Position numbers and translations under genes: made by a program. Shown piece by piece: positions 46,765 through 56,073 of a stretch of DNA of 64,000 nucleotides. Location of the stretch: contig JASLXG010000039.1 in assembly GCA_030740435.1 (NCBI GenBank), positions 595-64,594 on the forward strand. The letters run 5' to 3'. Source of the DNA: Alphaproteobacteria bacterium (GTDB lineage Bacteria > Pseudomonadota > Alphaproteobacteria > UBA2966). The first letter of the stretch is position 1. Every line of letters begins with the position of its first letter. The notes beneath the pieces are model-generated. The model saw only the letters and a list, made by a program, of their open reading frames with translations, ran no database searches and was not told where the DNA came from.

Positions 46765-47687
46765 GCCACCTCTGCCGGGCGCTCGAACGATCCCAGTCCG
46801 GTCTCGGTCAGGGCCTCTTCGAGATCGTTGCCGGCCTCGGCCGCCAACGCCGTCAAGGGCGGTCGCAGGCGGCGCCAGGCGGCATCGCCCGTGTGCCGCG
46901 CCCAGACGTCTTTCAGGGCGCCGATCAGGGGATAGCGGTCGAAGACCTCGCGGATGGCGGTGAGGTCTTGCTGGCGCCTCCGGGCGCCCTCTTCCCGCCA
47001 GGCAGCAAAGACCATCTGGCAGTGACGGCTGGTGGCGTTGGCGGTGGCCGAGATGCAGCCCACGCCGCCGGCCTCGAGCACCGGCTGCAGGTAGCGCTCG
47101 GTGCCGGCATAGACGGCGAAGCCGGGGAATTTTTCGCACATGGCCTGCATGTTGCCGAGATCGCCCGAGGAATCCTTGATGCCGGCAATGGCCTCGCCGT
47201 GGCTGGTGCGCAGCATGGCGATCAGCTCGTGGCCCAGCGGCACGTCGCTCATCTTGGGAAAATGGTAGAGGCAGACGCGCATCTCGGGCTCGCCCACGGC
47301 ATCGATGACGCGGGCGAAGGCGGCATGCAGGCCCTCGTCGCTGGCGCCTTTGTAGTAAAAGGGCGGCAGCATCAGGATATTTCGAAAGCCGTGGTCGATG
47401 GCGGCCCGGCTCAGCGCGATGGTGTCGGGAAGGGCGCAGCAGCCGGTGCCGATGAGCAGCTTGCCGGCCGGCAGCCCGGCCTTGGCCACGGCCTCGATCA
47501 GGGCCAGGCGTTCGTCCAGGCTGAAGGAATTGGCTTCCCCCGTGGTGCCCAGCACGGCCAGGCCGTCGCAGCCATTGGCCAGCAGCCAGCGGTAGTGGTC
47601 GAGGGTTGCCGTGATGTCGACGTTGAGCTCGCTGTCGAGGCGGGTGAGGGCGGCGGCAAAGACGCCGCGGGGCAGATCGGTATTCAT
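46761..47687 (-). CDS. Dihydrodipicolinate synthase family aldolase/lyase
   Basis: GTTGE, PPFYY, LYHFP, GIKDSSG. Confidence 0.9.
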   Translation of the reverse strand: MNTDLPRGVFAAALTRLDSELNVDITATLDHYRWLLANGCDGLAVLGTTGEANSFSLDERLALIEAVAKAGLPAGKLLIGTGCCALPDTIALSRAAIDHGFRNILMLPPFYYKGASDEGLHAAFARVIDAVGEPEMRVCLYHFPKMSDVPLGHELIAMLRTSHGEAIAGIKDSSGDLGNMQAMCEKFPGFAVYAGTERYLQPVLEAGGVGCISATANATSRHCQMVFAAWREEGARRRQQDLTAIREVFDRYPLIGALKDVWARHTGDAAWRRLRPPLTALAAEAGNDLEEALTETGLGSFERPAEVA

Positions 47688-47726
47688 CGCGGTACTCCCA
47701 TCAGATCCGCCGGGGGGCGCTGCGTT

Positions 47727-48164
47727 TCATTCCGGCCAGATTACCACGTGATCCTCGAGGGCGCCCGCCCGGCGTTCCGAGATCACGCGGCCACGCACCG
47801 AAATGCCGGCCCGGTGCACGCTTTCGCCATCGCCCGCGACCAGCGGGTGCCAGTCGGGCAGCGGGCGGCCCTCGGACATCAGGCGGTAGGCGCAACTCGA
47901 CGGCAACCAGCCCAGGTTCTCGACCAGGCCCGGCTCCAGGCTGACGCAGTCCGCCACCAGGCGCCGGCGCTCGGCATAATTCGTGCAGCGGCAGCTTTGC
48001 AAATCCAGCAGTCGGCAGGCCACCTCGGTGTAGGCGATCTCGCCGCTCTCGATGTCCTCGAGCTTGTTGAGGCAGCATTTGGCGCAGCCGTCGCAGAGCG
48101 CTTCCCATTCCTCGCCGCTCATTTCGTCGAGGCGCTTTTGGCGCCAGAAGGGCCGCTCGCTCAC
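47727..48164 (-). CDS. YcgN family cysteine cluster protein
   Basis: EWEALCDGCAKCCL.KLED..ACRLLD..WLPSSCAYR..WHPL. Confidence 0.9.
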   Translation of the reverse strand: MSERPFWRQKRLDEMSGEEWEALCDGCAKCCLNKLEDIESGEIAYTEVACRLLDLQSCRCTNYAERRRLVADCVSLEPGLVENLGWLPSSCAYRLMSEGRPLPDWHPLVAGDGESVHRAGISVRGRVISERRAGALEDHVVIWPE

Positions 48165-49414
48165 GTGCCCTCGTGACGGCGCATGAAGCGCGCGATGCGG
48201 GGCGCGATGTGGCGCCGCCAGCGGCGCCCGTTGAAGACGCCGTAGTGGCCCACGCCGGGCTCTTCGTGGTGGCGCCGCTGGCGCTTCGTGAGGCCGGTAC
48301 AGAGCTTGTGCGCCGCCCGCGTCTGACCCAGGCCGGAGATGTCGTCTCGCTCGCCCTCGACAGTCATCAAGGCGGTGGCGCTGATGGCGGCGGGCTCGAT
48401 CGGCTGGCCCCGCCAGGTCATGGTGCCGCGCGCCAGCGCCTGGTCCTGAAACACCGTCTTGACGGTCTGGAGGTAATATTCCGCCGGCAGGTCCATGACG
48501 GCGAGGTATTCGTCGTAGAAGCGCCGATGCGCCTCGGCGCCGTCGCCGTCGCCTTCGATGAGGTGGTGGAAAAGTCGCATGTGGGCGCCCAGGTGGCGCT
48601 CCAGATTCATGGTCATGAAGCCGCTGAGCTGCAGAAAGCCGGGATAGACGCGGCGCCCGAAGCCGGGGTAGATCAGCGGCACCCGGGTGATGACGTGACG
48701 TTCGAACCAGGCCAGCGAGCGCCTCTGGGCCAGCTTGTTGACCTCGGTCGGGCTCTCGCGGGTATCGATGGGGCCGCCCATCAGGGTCAGTGTGCGCGGC
48801 GCCGCCTGGTCGCCGGCCGCCGCCAGCAGCGCCGTCGCCGCCAGCACCGGCACCGAGGGCTGGCAGACGGCGATGACGTGCGTAGGCGGACCCAGGAGCC
48901 GCAAAAAGTCGATCACCGTGTCGATGTAGTCGTCGAGGTCGAAGCGGCCGGCCGCCGGCGCCACGTCGCGGGCGTCGCGCCAGTCGGTGATGTGGACGTC
49001 GTGGTCGGGCAACAGCGCCGCCACGGTATCGCGCAGCAGCGTCGCGAAATGGCCCGACATGGGCGCCACGATAAGCACCCGCGGGTCTTGGCCCTGCGGG
49101 TCTTGGCCCTGTGGGTCTTGGCCCTTGCCTTCGCGGCAAAAGCGCAAGAGGCGGCAAAAGGTGGTCTCGGCGACCACGCTCTCGCGCACTGCCAAGCGCT
49201 CGCCCTCGGAGAACGTCTCGCTCAGCCCGAAGTCCGGTTTGCTGCGCCTGCGCGTGGTGCGGTCGAAGACCTCGCAGGCCGCCGCCAGGGTCCGGCCGCT
49301 CCGGGTATAAGCCAGCGGGTTGAAGGGGTTCAGAAAGAATTGCTGGCTGGCCTGGGCGGCAAAGCGTAGCGGCTCGAGGGCCGCGTGGTGAAGCTCATGG
49401 GCGTGGTAAAGCAT
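48161..49414 (-). CDS. phaZ: Intracellular PHB depolymerase
   Basis: APMSGHFATLLR, AVCQPSVP, MGGPID, VEGERDDI, GHYGVFNG. Confidence 0.95.
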   Translation of the reverse strand: MLYHAHELHHAALEPLRFAAQASQQFFLNPFNPLAYTRSGRTLAAACEVFDRTTRRRSKPDFGLSETFSEGERLAVRESVVAETTFCRLLRFCREGKGQDPQGQDPQGQDPRVLIVAPMSGHFATLLRDTVAALLPDHDVHITDWRDARDVAPAAGRFDLDDYIDTVIDFLRLLGPPTHVIAVCQPSVPVLAATALLAAAGDQAAPRTLTLMGGPIDTRESPTEVNKLAQRRSLAWFERHVITRVPLIYPGFGRRVYPGFLQLSGFMTMNLERHLGAHMRLFHHLIEGDGDGAEAHRRFYDEYLAVMDLPAEYYLQTVKTVFQDQALARGTMTWRGQPIEPAAISATALMTVEGERDDISGLGQTRAAHKLCTGLTKRQRRHHEEPGVGHYGVFNGRRWRRHIAPRIARFMRRHEGT

Positions 49415-49539
49415 ACAAAATCCCCTTCTCGATCAAACCAAGCGCCGTCTGCGGACGCCGTCATGCTAGCACTATATTTTGTGTCCGAGGAAGGTATGCG
49501 ACACAAATTAGTGATTGTTCCGCAGGCGAAATGATAATG

Positions 49540-50187
49540 TTAGAGTGCCTGGCGCAGTCTCTCGGCCAGGCGCTTGGGCGGCGTGGCGCTGGGGAAATGA
49601 GCCAGATAGCGGCCCTTGCGATCCATCAGGTAGACGATGGCGGTGTGGTCCATGCTGTAGTCGTCAGCGTCGGCCTCGGCGCCGTTGTTTTGTACTTTGA
49701 CGTAGTAGATGCGATAGGACCGGGCGGCGGCGGCGACCTCGTCTGGGCTGCCGCTGAGCGCCCGTAGCGCCGGGTGGAAGTTGGCCGCATAGTCCTTCAT
49801 CTGGGCCACCGTATCGCGGGCCGGATCGACGCTGATGAAGATCGGCACGATTTCCGCCGCCGCCGGCCCCAGCGCCTCGAGCGCCGTGGTGATGGTCTGC
49901 AGTTCGGTGGGGCAGACATCGGGGCAATAGGTGTAGCCGAAATAGACCAGCATCAGCTTGCCCCGGAAGTCGGCCTCGCGCACCCGGGCGCCGAACTGAT
50001 CGGTCAGGCTGAAGGGGCCGCCGATGACGGTGTTTTGGCGTTCGCCAAACGACGGCAGCGGTTGGTCGAAAAACAGCCAACGTCCCGCCGCCCCCAGGCC
50101 GACGCCGAGGAGCACGGCCAGCACGATGCTGACAAGGCGCCGAAGCGACGGTCGTCTTGGGCTTGGGCCAGGGGTTGGGACGGACAT
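49540..50187 (-). CDS. SCO1/SenC copper chaperone
   Basis: TM, GGPFSLTD, FGYTYCPDVCP, SVDPARDT, YSMDHT. Confidence 0.94.
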   Translation of the reverse strand: MSVPTPGPSPRRPSLRRLVSIVLAVLLGVGLGAAGRWLFFDQPLPSFGERQNTVIGGPFSLTDQFGARVREADFRGKLMLVYFGYTYCPDVCPTELQTITTALEALGPAAAEIVPIFISVDPARDTVAQMKDYAANFHPALRALSGSPDEVAAAARSYRIYYVKVQNNGAEADADDYSMDHTAIVYLMDRKGRYLAHFPSATPPKRLAERLRQAL

Positions 50188-50273
50188 TGTTGGCTCCATT
50201 CTTACCCTGCCGGGCGGCGCCGGAGCAAACGGCCAAGATTGACGCCCGGCCGGCTTCTACCCATGCTGGCGCC

Positions 50274-51332
50274 ATGGCGGACATCGAGCCACGGTTCGAC
50301 TTTGCCGCCCTGGCCGGCGGGCCCGAGCCCATGGTGTTGCTGCTGCTGGTGCTGCTGGCCGATGCCGTGCTCGGCAATCCGGCCATTCTGCGGCGCTGGC
50401 TGCCGCATCCGGCGCTGCTGCTGGCGGTCACGGCGAGCGGCCTCGAGCGCCGCCTCAACCGCGGTGGCCGCAGCCCCGTCAAACGCCTGGTGCGCGGCGT
50501 CCTGGCCCTCGTTTTGGTGCTGGCGCTGGCGCTCGGGGCGAGCTGGCTGGTGCTTCTCGCCAGCGCCGTGCTGCCCTTTGGCTGGCTCATCGAGTTCCTC
50601 TTCCTGGCTTCGCTGATTGCCCAGCGCGGACCGCTGGACGAAGCCCGGCTGCTGCTGCGGGCGCTCGAAGGCGGCGGTCTCGAGGCGGGGCGGCAGGCGG
50701 CGGCCGAGATCGCCGGCCCGGCGGCGCAGAACATGGACCAGCCGGCCCTGGTTCGGGCCGCCGTCAGCCACCTGGCCGAGCGCCTGCTCGACGGCCTGGT
50801 GGCGGCGCTGTTTTGGCTCATCCTGCTCGGCCTGCCGGGACTGGCCGCCTACCAGGCCATCAACATCGCCGGCCGGCTCTGGGATGACCGCAATCCCGAA
50901 CGCCGCGATTTCGGCCTGGCGGCCAGCCGCCTCGACGACGTGGTGGGCTATCTGCCGGGCCGCCTGGCCGGCCTGCTGGTGGTGCTGGCCGCGGTCTTCG
51001 TGCCCTCGACCAGCCCCGGCGCGGCGCTGCGGGTGATGGGCCGCGATGCGCTGCGCCACCGCTCGCTCAGCCTGGCCTGGGTGGTGGCGGCCATGGCCGG
51101 CGCGCTGGGGCTGGCGCTGACCGAAGCCCGGGTTGCCCGCGGCCCCCAGGGCCGCGCGGCCCCCGCCGCCGAGCGCCAGGGCGCGGCGCCGAGCATTTGG
51201 CTGGGCCAACGCGAGGGCCGTGCCCTGGCCGGCACGGCCGACATCATGCGGGCGATTTACCTCTACGCCGTGGCGGCCCTGATCAGCTTCGCCCTCGTCA
51301 CCATGGTGGCCATGGTGCAGCTCTCGCTCTAG
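50274..51332 (+). CDS. CobD/CbiB family membrane protein (divergent)
   Basis: LPHP, multiple TM, DGLVAALFW, FGLAASRLDD...PGRL, AAMAGALG. Confidence 0.75.
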   Translation: MADIEPRFDFAALAGGPEPMVLLLLVLLADAVLGNPAILRRWLPHPALLLAVTASGLERRLNRGGRSPVKRLVRGVLALVLVLALALGASWLVLLASAVLPFGWLIEFLFLASLIAQRGPLDEARLLLRALEGGGLEAGRQAAAEIAGPAAQNMDQPALVRAAVSHLAERLLDGLVAALFWLILLGLPGLAAYQAINIAGRLWDDRNPERRDFGLAASRLDDVVGYLPGRLAGLLVVLAAVFVPSTSPGAALRVMGRDALRHRSLSLAWVVAAMAGALGLALTEARVARGPQGRAAPAAERQGAAPSIWLGQREGRALAGTADIMRAIYLYAVAALISFALVTMVAMVQLSL

Positions 51333-52018
51333 CCGCCGGCCGCCTTGGCCAGGGCGGCCCGCAGGGCTGCCGCATCGCGCTTCGAGACGGCGCGCTTGAG
51401 AATGATGTCCTGGGGCGTCACGGCCTTGCCGTAGTAGGCCTTGTTGGCGTCGGCGTCGGGCTGGATCACGGCGCCCTCGACGGAGGCGCCGGCGAAAAGG
51501 CCCTTGTTGCGCGAGTAGGAATAAACGTCGTCGCGCAGGTTGGTGGTGGTCGCCGTCTCGCGGCCCACGCCCTGGGGCCCGGCGGCGGCGCTCAACTCGG
51601 CGCCCAGCTTGACCCGGTTGTGCAGCACCGCATCGAGGGCGCGCTCGGTCATCATCAGCAGTACCACCTCGGAGGACTGGGCGCCGATCTGCAGGCCGAT
51701 GCTGCCGGCACCCAGGTTGAAGAAGGCCGGTGCCGACCAGCCCCGCTGGCCGCGGGCGAGCAGCACGCCGGAGCCGCCGGCGCCGCCCAGGATGAACCCG
51801 GCCTTGAGCATTTGCGGCACTACCAGCACAGCCTTTGCCCGCTTGAGCAAGGCCCGCATGGGCGCCATCTTGGCATCACCGGCAAAACTTTCGACGGTGA
51901 TGCGGGCGCGGTCGACCAGGGCCTGTTGGTCGTCGGCCAGGGCCGCCGGCGCGGCCAGCCCCATGGTCAGCACGATGAGCGCGGCCAGGGCTGAGCGGCT
52001 GCCGATTGATCTGGTCAT
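51329..52018 (-). CDS. Exported SYLF/Ysc84 domain protein
   Basis: Signal peptide, KAGFILGGAGGSGVLL, WSAPAF, GSIGLQIGAQ, YSRNKGLFAGASVEGA. Confidence 0.9.
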   Translation of the reverse strand: MTRSIGSRSALAALIVLTMGLAAPAALADDQQALVDRARITVESFAGDAKMAPMRALLKRAKAVLVVPQMLKAGFILGGAGGSGVLLARGQRGWSAPAFFNLGAGSIGLQIGAQSSEVVLLMMTERALDAVLHNRVKLGAELSAAAGPQGVGRETATTTNLRDDVYSYSRNKGLFAGASVEGAVIQPDADANKAYYGKAVTPQDIILKRAVSKRDAAALRAALAKAAGG

Positions 52019-52072
52019 GGTTTTGCTTCCTCTCCCTTGCAGGATTGAACGTCGGCCCAGCTTAGCAGACCT

Positions 52073-52352
52073 TTAACCCGCATTTCTCACCGGGTCACGG
52101 CCTGCGTCGCTCCCAGGTGATGTGATCCGCTAGGAAAAGACCGAAGCGCGTAGTGGTACTACGCGCTTCGGTCTTTGACAACGCGGGCGCGCGCACAGGG
52201 ACACTGCGGAGCGACCCTGCGGGCGCCGCTGTCGCACCGACAGGGTGTGTCACGCTGCTTGCCCGATGTCCCACATCGCGCGGCGCAGCGTTCCTACCCT
52301 TTCGGCGCGACAGCGACGCGCAGGCCATGACCCGGTGAGAAATGCGGGTTAA
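52073..52352. mobile_element. MITE-like non-autonomous element, 280 bp
   Basis: Ends TTAACCCGCATTTCTCACCGGGTCA are perfect 25-bp inverted repeats extending imperfectly to about 40 bp; internal 19-bp-arm hairpin at 52136-52176; no credible ORF. Confidence 0.82.
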
Positions 52353-52375
52353 GCCCGTTGCCGCGAACGAAATAG

Positions 52376-53011
52376 TCAACCCGCCCGGCTGTTGCTGAAG
52401 GCCAGCCGCCAGTCGCCGCCCAGGCCCTCGCCCGGCATGTGGTCGAGGCGGGTGGTACCCAGGTTCTCGACGGCGATCGAGAGCGCCCTGTCGGGCTCCA
52501 TGTTCATGGCGTAGGCGATGGCGGCGCGGATGGTGCCGCCGTGGATGACGGCGACGATGCTGCGCCCGCGAAAGCGCTCGGTGTGGCGCTCCAGCGCCAG
52601 GCCCACGCGCTCGATGACGTCGAGGAAGCTCTCGCCGCCGGGCGGCCGGTGGCCGGCCGGGGCCAGCCAGTAGCGGTGCCACTGGCCGGCGGCGGCGATC
52701 TTGGCCAGATCCATGGCCAGGTCGTCGTAGCGCTTCATCTCCCATTCGCCGTAGCGCTGTTCGGCCAGGTCGGGCTCGATCAGGCGCTGGTCCTGGTTGA
52801 CCCCGGCGGCGGCGATGGCGTCGGCGGTCTGCTGGGTGCGTTTGAGGCCGCTGGTCAGCCACACGGCTGCGTCGGGCAACCAGCCGGGAAAGGCCGCGAA
52901 CATGGTCTCGTCGGAGACGTCGGCGGCCACGTCGGAGCCGCCGTAGAAAAGATCCTGGGCCCCCACCACCGGGGCATGCCGGATCAGCCACCACCGTGTA
53001 CGTTCATTCAT
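52376..53011 (-). CDS. Histidine phosphatase family protein (CobC-like)
   Basis: LIRHAP, SGLKRTQQTA, EQRYGEWE, PPGGESF, HGGTIRA. Confidence 0.9.
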   Translation of the reverse strand: MNERTRWWLIRHAPVVGAQDLFYGGSDVAADVSDETMFAAFPGWLPDAAVWLTSGLKRTQQTADAIAAAGVNQDQRLIEPDLAEQRYGEWEMKRYDDLAMDLAKIAAAGQWHRYWLAPAGHRPPGGESFLDVIERVGLALERHTERFRGRSIVAVIHGGTIRAAIAYAMNMEPDRALSIAVENLGTTRLDHMPGEGLGGDWRLAFSNSRAG

Positions 53012-53038
53012 CCGTTGTTACCTCGAGTCCTGTCGATC

Positions 53039-53875
53039 TCATTCGCCGATCTGGTGCAACAGCCCGTGTTTGCGGGCCGAGCGGAAGAAGCCCAAGAAGA
53101 TGCTCACGCCGAGGCCGAGATAGATGACGTTGAGGCCGATGGCCTTGAGCATCAGCTCGGGCAGGAAGCGGCCCTCGACCAGGATCGCCCGCATGCCCTC
53201 GAAGACATGGCTGGCCGGCAGCAGCGCCGACACGGTCTGCAGCCATTCGGGCAGCACCGCCACCGGGTAATAGATGGCGCAAACTGGCGCTATGGCGAAG
53301 ATCAGGGCCCAGGCCAGGCTCTCGGCGCCCAAGCCCCAGCGCAGCACGATGCCCGAGACCGCCAGACCGAAAGCCCAGCCCATGACAACCAGATTGAGGA
53401 AAAAGCCGACCAGTGCGAAGCCCAGCGAATAGACCGAGAAGCCGAAAAAGGCGATGGCCAGCAAGGTGGCGGGAAGGGCGCCGATGACGGTGCGGCAGAA
53501 GCTGGTGGCAAAGAGCGCCACCATCAGCTCGCTGGGCCTCAGCGGACTGACGAAGAGGTGGCCCAGGTTGCGCGACCACATCTCCTCGAAGAACGACAAT
53601 GAGACGCCCAACTGGCTGCGAAAGAGAATGTCCCAGAGCAGCACGGCGCTGATCAGCACGCCCAGGGCCTGGGCCACGTAGTTCGAGCTCTGGGCCAGGA
53701 ACTGGGTGAGGAAACCCCACAGGATCATCTGTACCGTGGGCCAGTAGGCCAGTTCCAAAAGCCGGGGCCAGGAGCTGCGGATGAGGTAGGTGTAGCGCAG
53801 CACCATGGCAAAAACGCGCTGGGCCGAGAAAATATCGGCCGGAGCCCGCGGCCCGGTGCCCACCTGGTCCCTCAT
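53039..53875 (-). CDS. ABC-2 type exporter permease
   Basis: About six TM, EEMWSRNL, YYPVAVLPEWLQ..LPASHVFEGMR. Confidence 0.9.
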   Translation of the reverse strand: MRDQVGTGPRAPADIFSAQRVFAMVLRYTYLIRSSWPRLLELAYWPTVQMILWGFLTQFLAQSSNYVAQALGVLISAVLLWDILFRSQLGVSLSFFEEMWSRNLGHLFVSPLRPSELMVALFATSFCRTVIGALPATLLAIAFFGFSVYSLGFALVGFFLNLVVMGWAFGLAVSGIVLRWGLGAESLAWALIFAIAPVCAIYYPVAVLPEWLQTVSALLPASHVFEGMRAILVEGRFLPELMLKAIGLNVIYLGLGVSIFLGFFRSARKHGLLHQIGE

Positions 53876-54624
53876 GCCTCCACCTCAAGCGCCGCGCCAC
53901 GGCCGCGGGCGACGTCGAGAAACACTTCCTCGAGGGTGGGCCGGCCGTAGCGTCCCAGCAGCTCGGCCGGCGGGCCGCGGTCGACCAGGCGGCCGGCCCG
54001 CAGCATCAGCACGTCGTCGCACAGCCGCTCGACCTCGTTCATGTTGTGCGACGCCAGCAGCACGGAGGCACCGCTCCGGTGCTGGTAGTCGGCCAGGGTG
54101 CCGCGCACCCAGTCGCCGACGTCGGGATCGAGCGACACCGTGGGCTCGTCGAGCAACAACAGCTCGGGCTCGTTGATCAGGGCCTTGGCCAGGGCCACCC
54201 GGGTGCGCTGGCCGGCCGAGAGCGTGCCGAAGGGGCGGTCGACGAAGGCGCCCAGGTCGAACATCTCGGTCATTTCGCCGAGCCGGCGGTCGATGGCCCG
54301 GAGACCATAGAGGTGGGCATAGATGCGCAGGTTCTGGCGCACTGTAAGGCGGTGCGGCAGGTCGACGTAGGGCGAGGAGAAGTTGAGCCGCGGCAGCACC
54401 CGGTGGCGCCGGCGCAGCATGTTCTCGCCCAGCACCTCGACGCGGCCGGAGCTGGGCAACAGCAGCCCCAGCAAGATGGCGATGGTGGTGGTCTTGCCGG
54501 CGCCGTTGCCGCCCAGCAGCGCCGTGGTCTGGCCGCGGGCGATTTGGAAGTCGAGGCCGTCGACGGCGACCACGTCTCCGTAGTGCTTACAGAGGCCTTC
54601 GACAATGATGGCGGGCTCGGGCAT
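53872..54624 (-). CDS. ABC exporter ATP-binding subunit
   Basis: GGNGAGKTT, LSAGQ, LLLDEPT, SHNM. Confidence 0.95.
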   Translation of the reverse strand: MPEPAIIVEGLCKHYGDVVAVDGLDFQIARGQTTALLGGNGAGKTTTIAILLGLLLPSSGRVEVLGENMLRRRHRVLPRLNFSSPYVDLPHRLTVRQNLRIYAHLYGLRAIDRRLGEMTEMFDLGAFVDRPFGTLSAGQRTRVALAKALINEPELLLLDEPTVSLDPDVGDWVRGTLADYQHRSGASVLLASHNMNEVERLCDDVLMLRAGRLVDRGPPAELLGRYGRPTLEEVFLDVARGRGAALEVEA

Positions 54625-54747
54625 GGCGCCAATATGGGGCCAAAGCGGCGCTGCCGCCAGGGTGAGAAATGCGAGCTGGTTGCCCTATGTGTGCTATGTT
54701 GGCGCCCCAGGGACCGGGCGGCGGCCAACCGCCACTGATGGCAAGAC

Positions 54748-56073
54748 ATGTTGAGTTCGGCGATCGATCTTTCCGACAAGAGCGGCGCGGCGCCGCTGGT
54801 GCAGCCGCTGGGCACCGGCCGGGTACGCCTTTATACCCTGGTGATGGTGCGCTGGTTCGCCGTCTTGGGCCAGCTCAGCGCCGTGTTCTTCGTGCACTCC
54901 GGCCTGGGCTTTCCCCTGCCGCTGGAATTGGCGCTGGCCACCATCACGGCATCGGTGGTGCTCAACGTCGTGGTCTCGCAGCGCTATCCGGTGGCGACCC
55001 GGCTCAGCGACCGCGAGGCGGCGCTGTTTCTGGCCTACGACATCGTGCAATTGGCCGTGCTGCTGAGTTTGACCGGCGGATTGACCAACCCCTTCGCACT
55101 TTTGTTTCTCGTCTCGGTGACCATTTCGGCCACCATCCTCAGCCTGATATCGACTATTCGGCTCGTTCTCTTGGCCACCGCCTGCCTGTCGCTGGTCGCC
55201 GTTTTCCACCAGCCGCTGCCCTGGAGCCAGCCGCCACCGGTATTTTCGGCCACCTACGTCGCCGGCGTCTGGTGTTCGCTGGTGACAGGCATGATCTTCA
55301 TCACGGTCTATGCCTGGCGCGTGGCCGAGGAGGCGCGGCGCATGTCGGACGCCCTGGCGGAAGCCCACATGGCGCTGTCGCGCGAGCAGCAGCTGTCGGC
55401 GCTGGGCGGCTTGGCGGCGGCGGCGGCGCACGAGCTGGGCACGCCGCTGGGCACCATTACGCTGGTGGCCAAGGAACTGGCCCTGGAGCTCGAGCAGGAA
55501 AGCCCGCTGACCGACGACGTCGAGCTCATCCTGAGCCAGGCCGAACGCTGTCGTGACATCCTCAACCAGCTGTCGCGGCGCCCGGCCCAGGAGCGACCGG
55601 GACCGTTCGCCGTGTTGCCGGTGGCGGCGCTCTTGGACGAGGTGGCCGAGAAGTATCGCCGCGACGGCATCACCATCTCCCTCGACACCGGCCTGTCGGA
55701 CGAACAGCCGCTGATCCGCAGGGTGCCGGAAATCGTTCACGGCCTGGGCTATCTGATCGAAAATGCCGCCGACTTTGCCCGTCTTGAAGTACGCGTCGGC
55801 GTCGCCATTGACGCCGACGACCTGACCATCTCGGTGGTCGACGATGGCCCCGGCATCGCCGGCAGCATGCTTAGCGCGCTTGGCGAGCCCTACGTCTCGA
55901 GCCGGCCCTCGAGCGGCATGGGGCTGGGCGTCTTTATCGCCAAGACGCTGCTGGAACGGACCGGCGCCCGGGTGGAATTTGCTAACCGGCGTGGCGGCGG
56001 CGCCAAGATTGACATAACATGGCCGCGAAAACTGTTGGATGAGATGCAGTCACTCGAATTGGCCGGATTATGA
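54748..56073 (+). CDS. regB: Redox sensor histidine kinase RegB/PrrB/ActS
   Basis: Quinone motif GGLTNPF, AHELGTPL, redox Cys QAERCRDIL, GMGLGVFIAKTLLERTG. Confidence 0.95.
   Translation: MLSSAIDLSDKSGAAPLVQPLGTGRVRLYTLVMVRWFAVLGQLSAVFFVHSGLGFPLPLELALATITASVVLNVVVSQRYPVATRLSDREAALFLAYDIVQLAVLLSLTGGLTNPFALLFLVSVTISATILSLISTIRLVLLATACLSLVAVFHQPLPWSQPPPVFSATYVAGVWCSLVTGMIFITVYAWRVAEEARRMSDALAEAHMALSREQQLSALGGLAAAAAHELGTPLGTITLVAKELALELEQESPLTDDVELILSQAERCRDILNQLSRRPAQERPGPFAVLPVAALLDEVAEKYRRDGITISLDTGLSDEQPLIRRVPEIVHGLGYLIENAADFARLEVRVGVAIDADDLTISVVDDGPGIAGSMLSALGEPYVSSRPSSGMGLGVFIAKTLLERTGARVEFANRRGGGAKIDITWPRKLLDEMQSLELAGL

Noticed and set aside
52073-52352. Cobalamin riboswitch near cbiB-like and cobC-like genes
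   Set aside because: No B12-box recognised; the structure is explained by terminal inverted repeats and it is not upstream of a cob gene.
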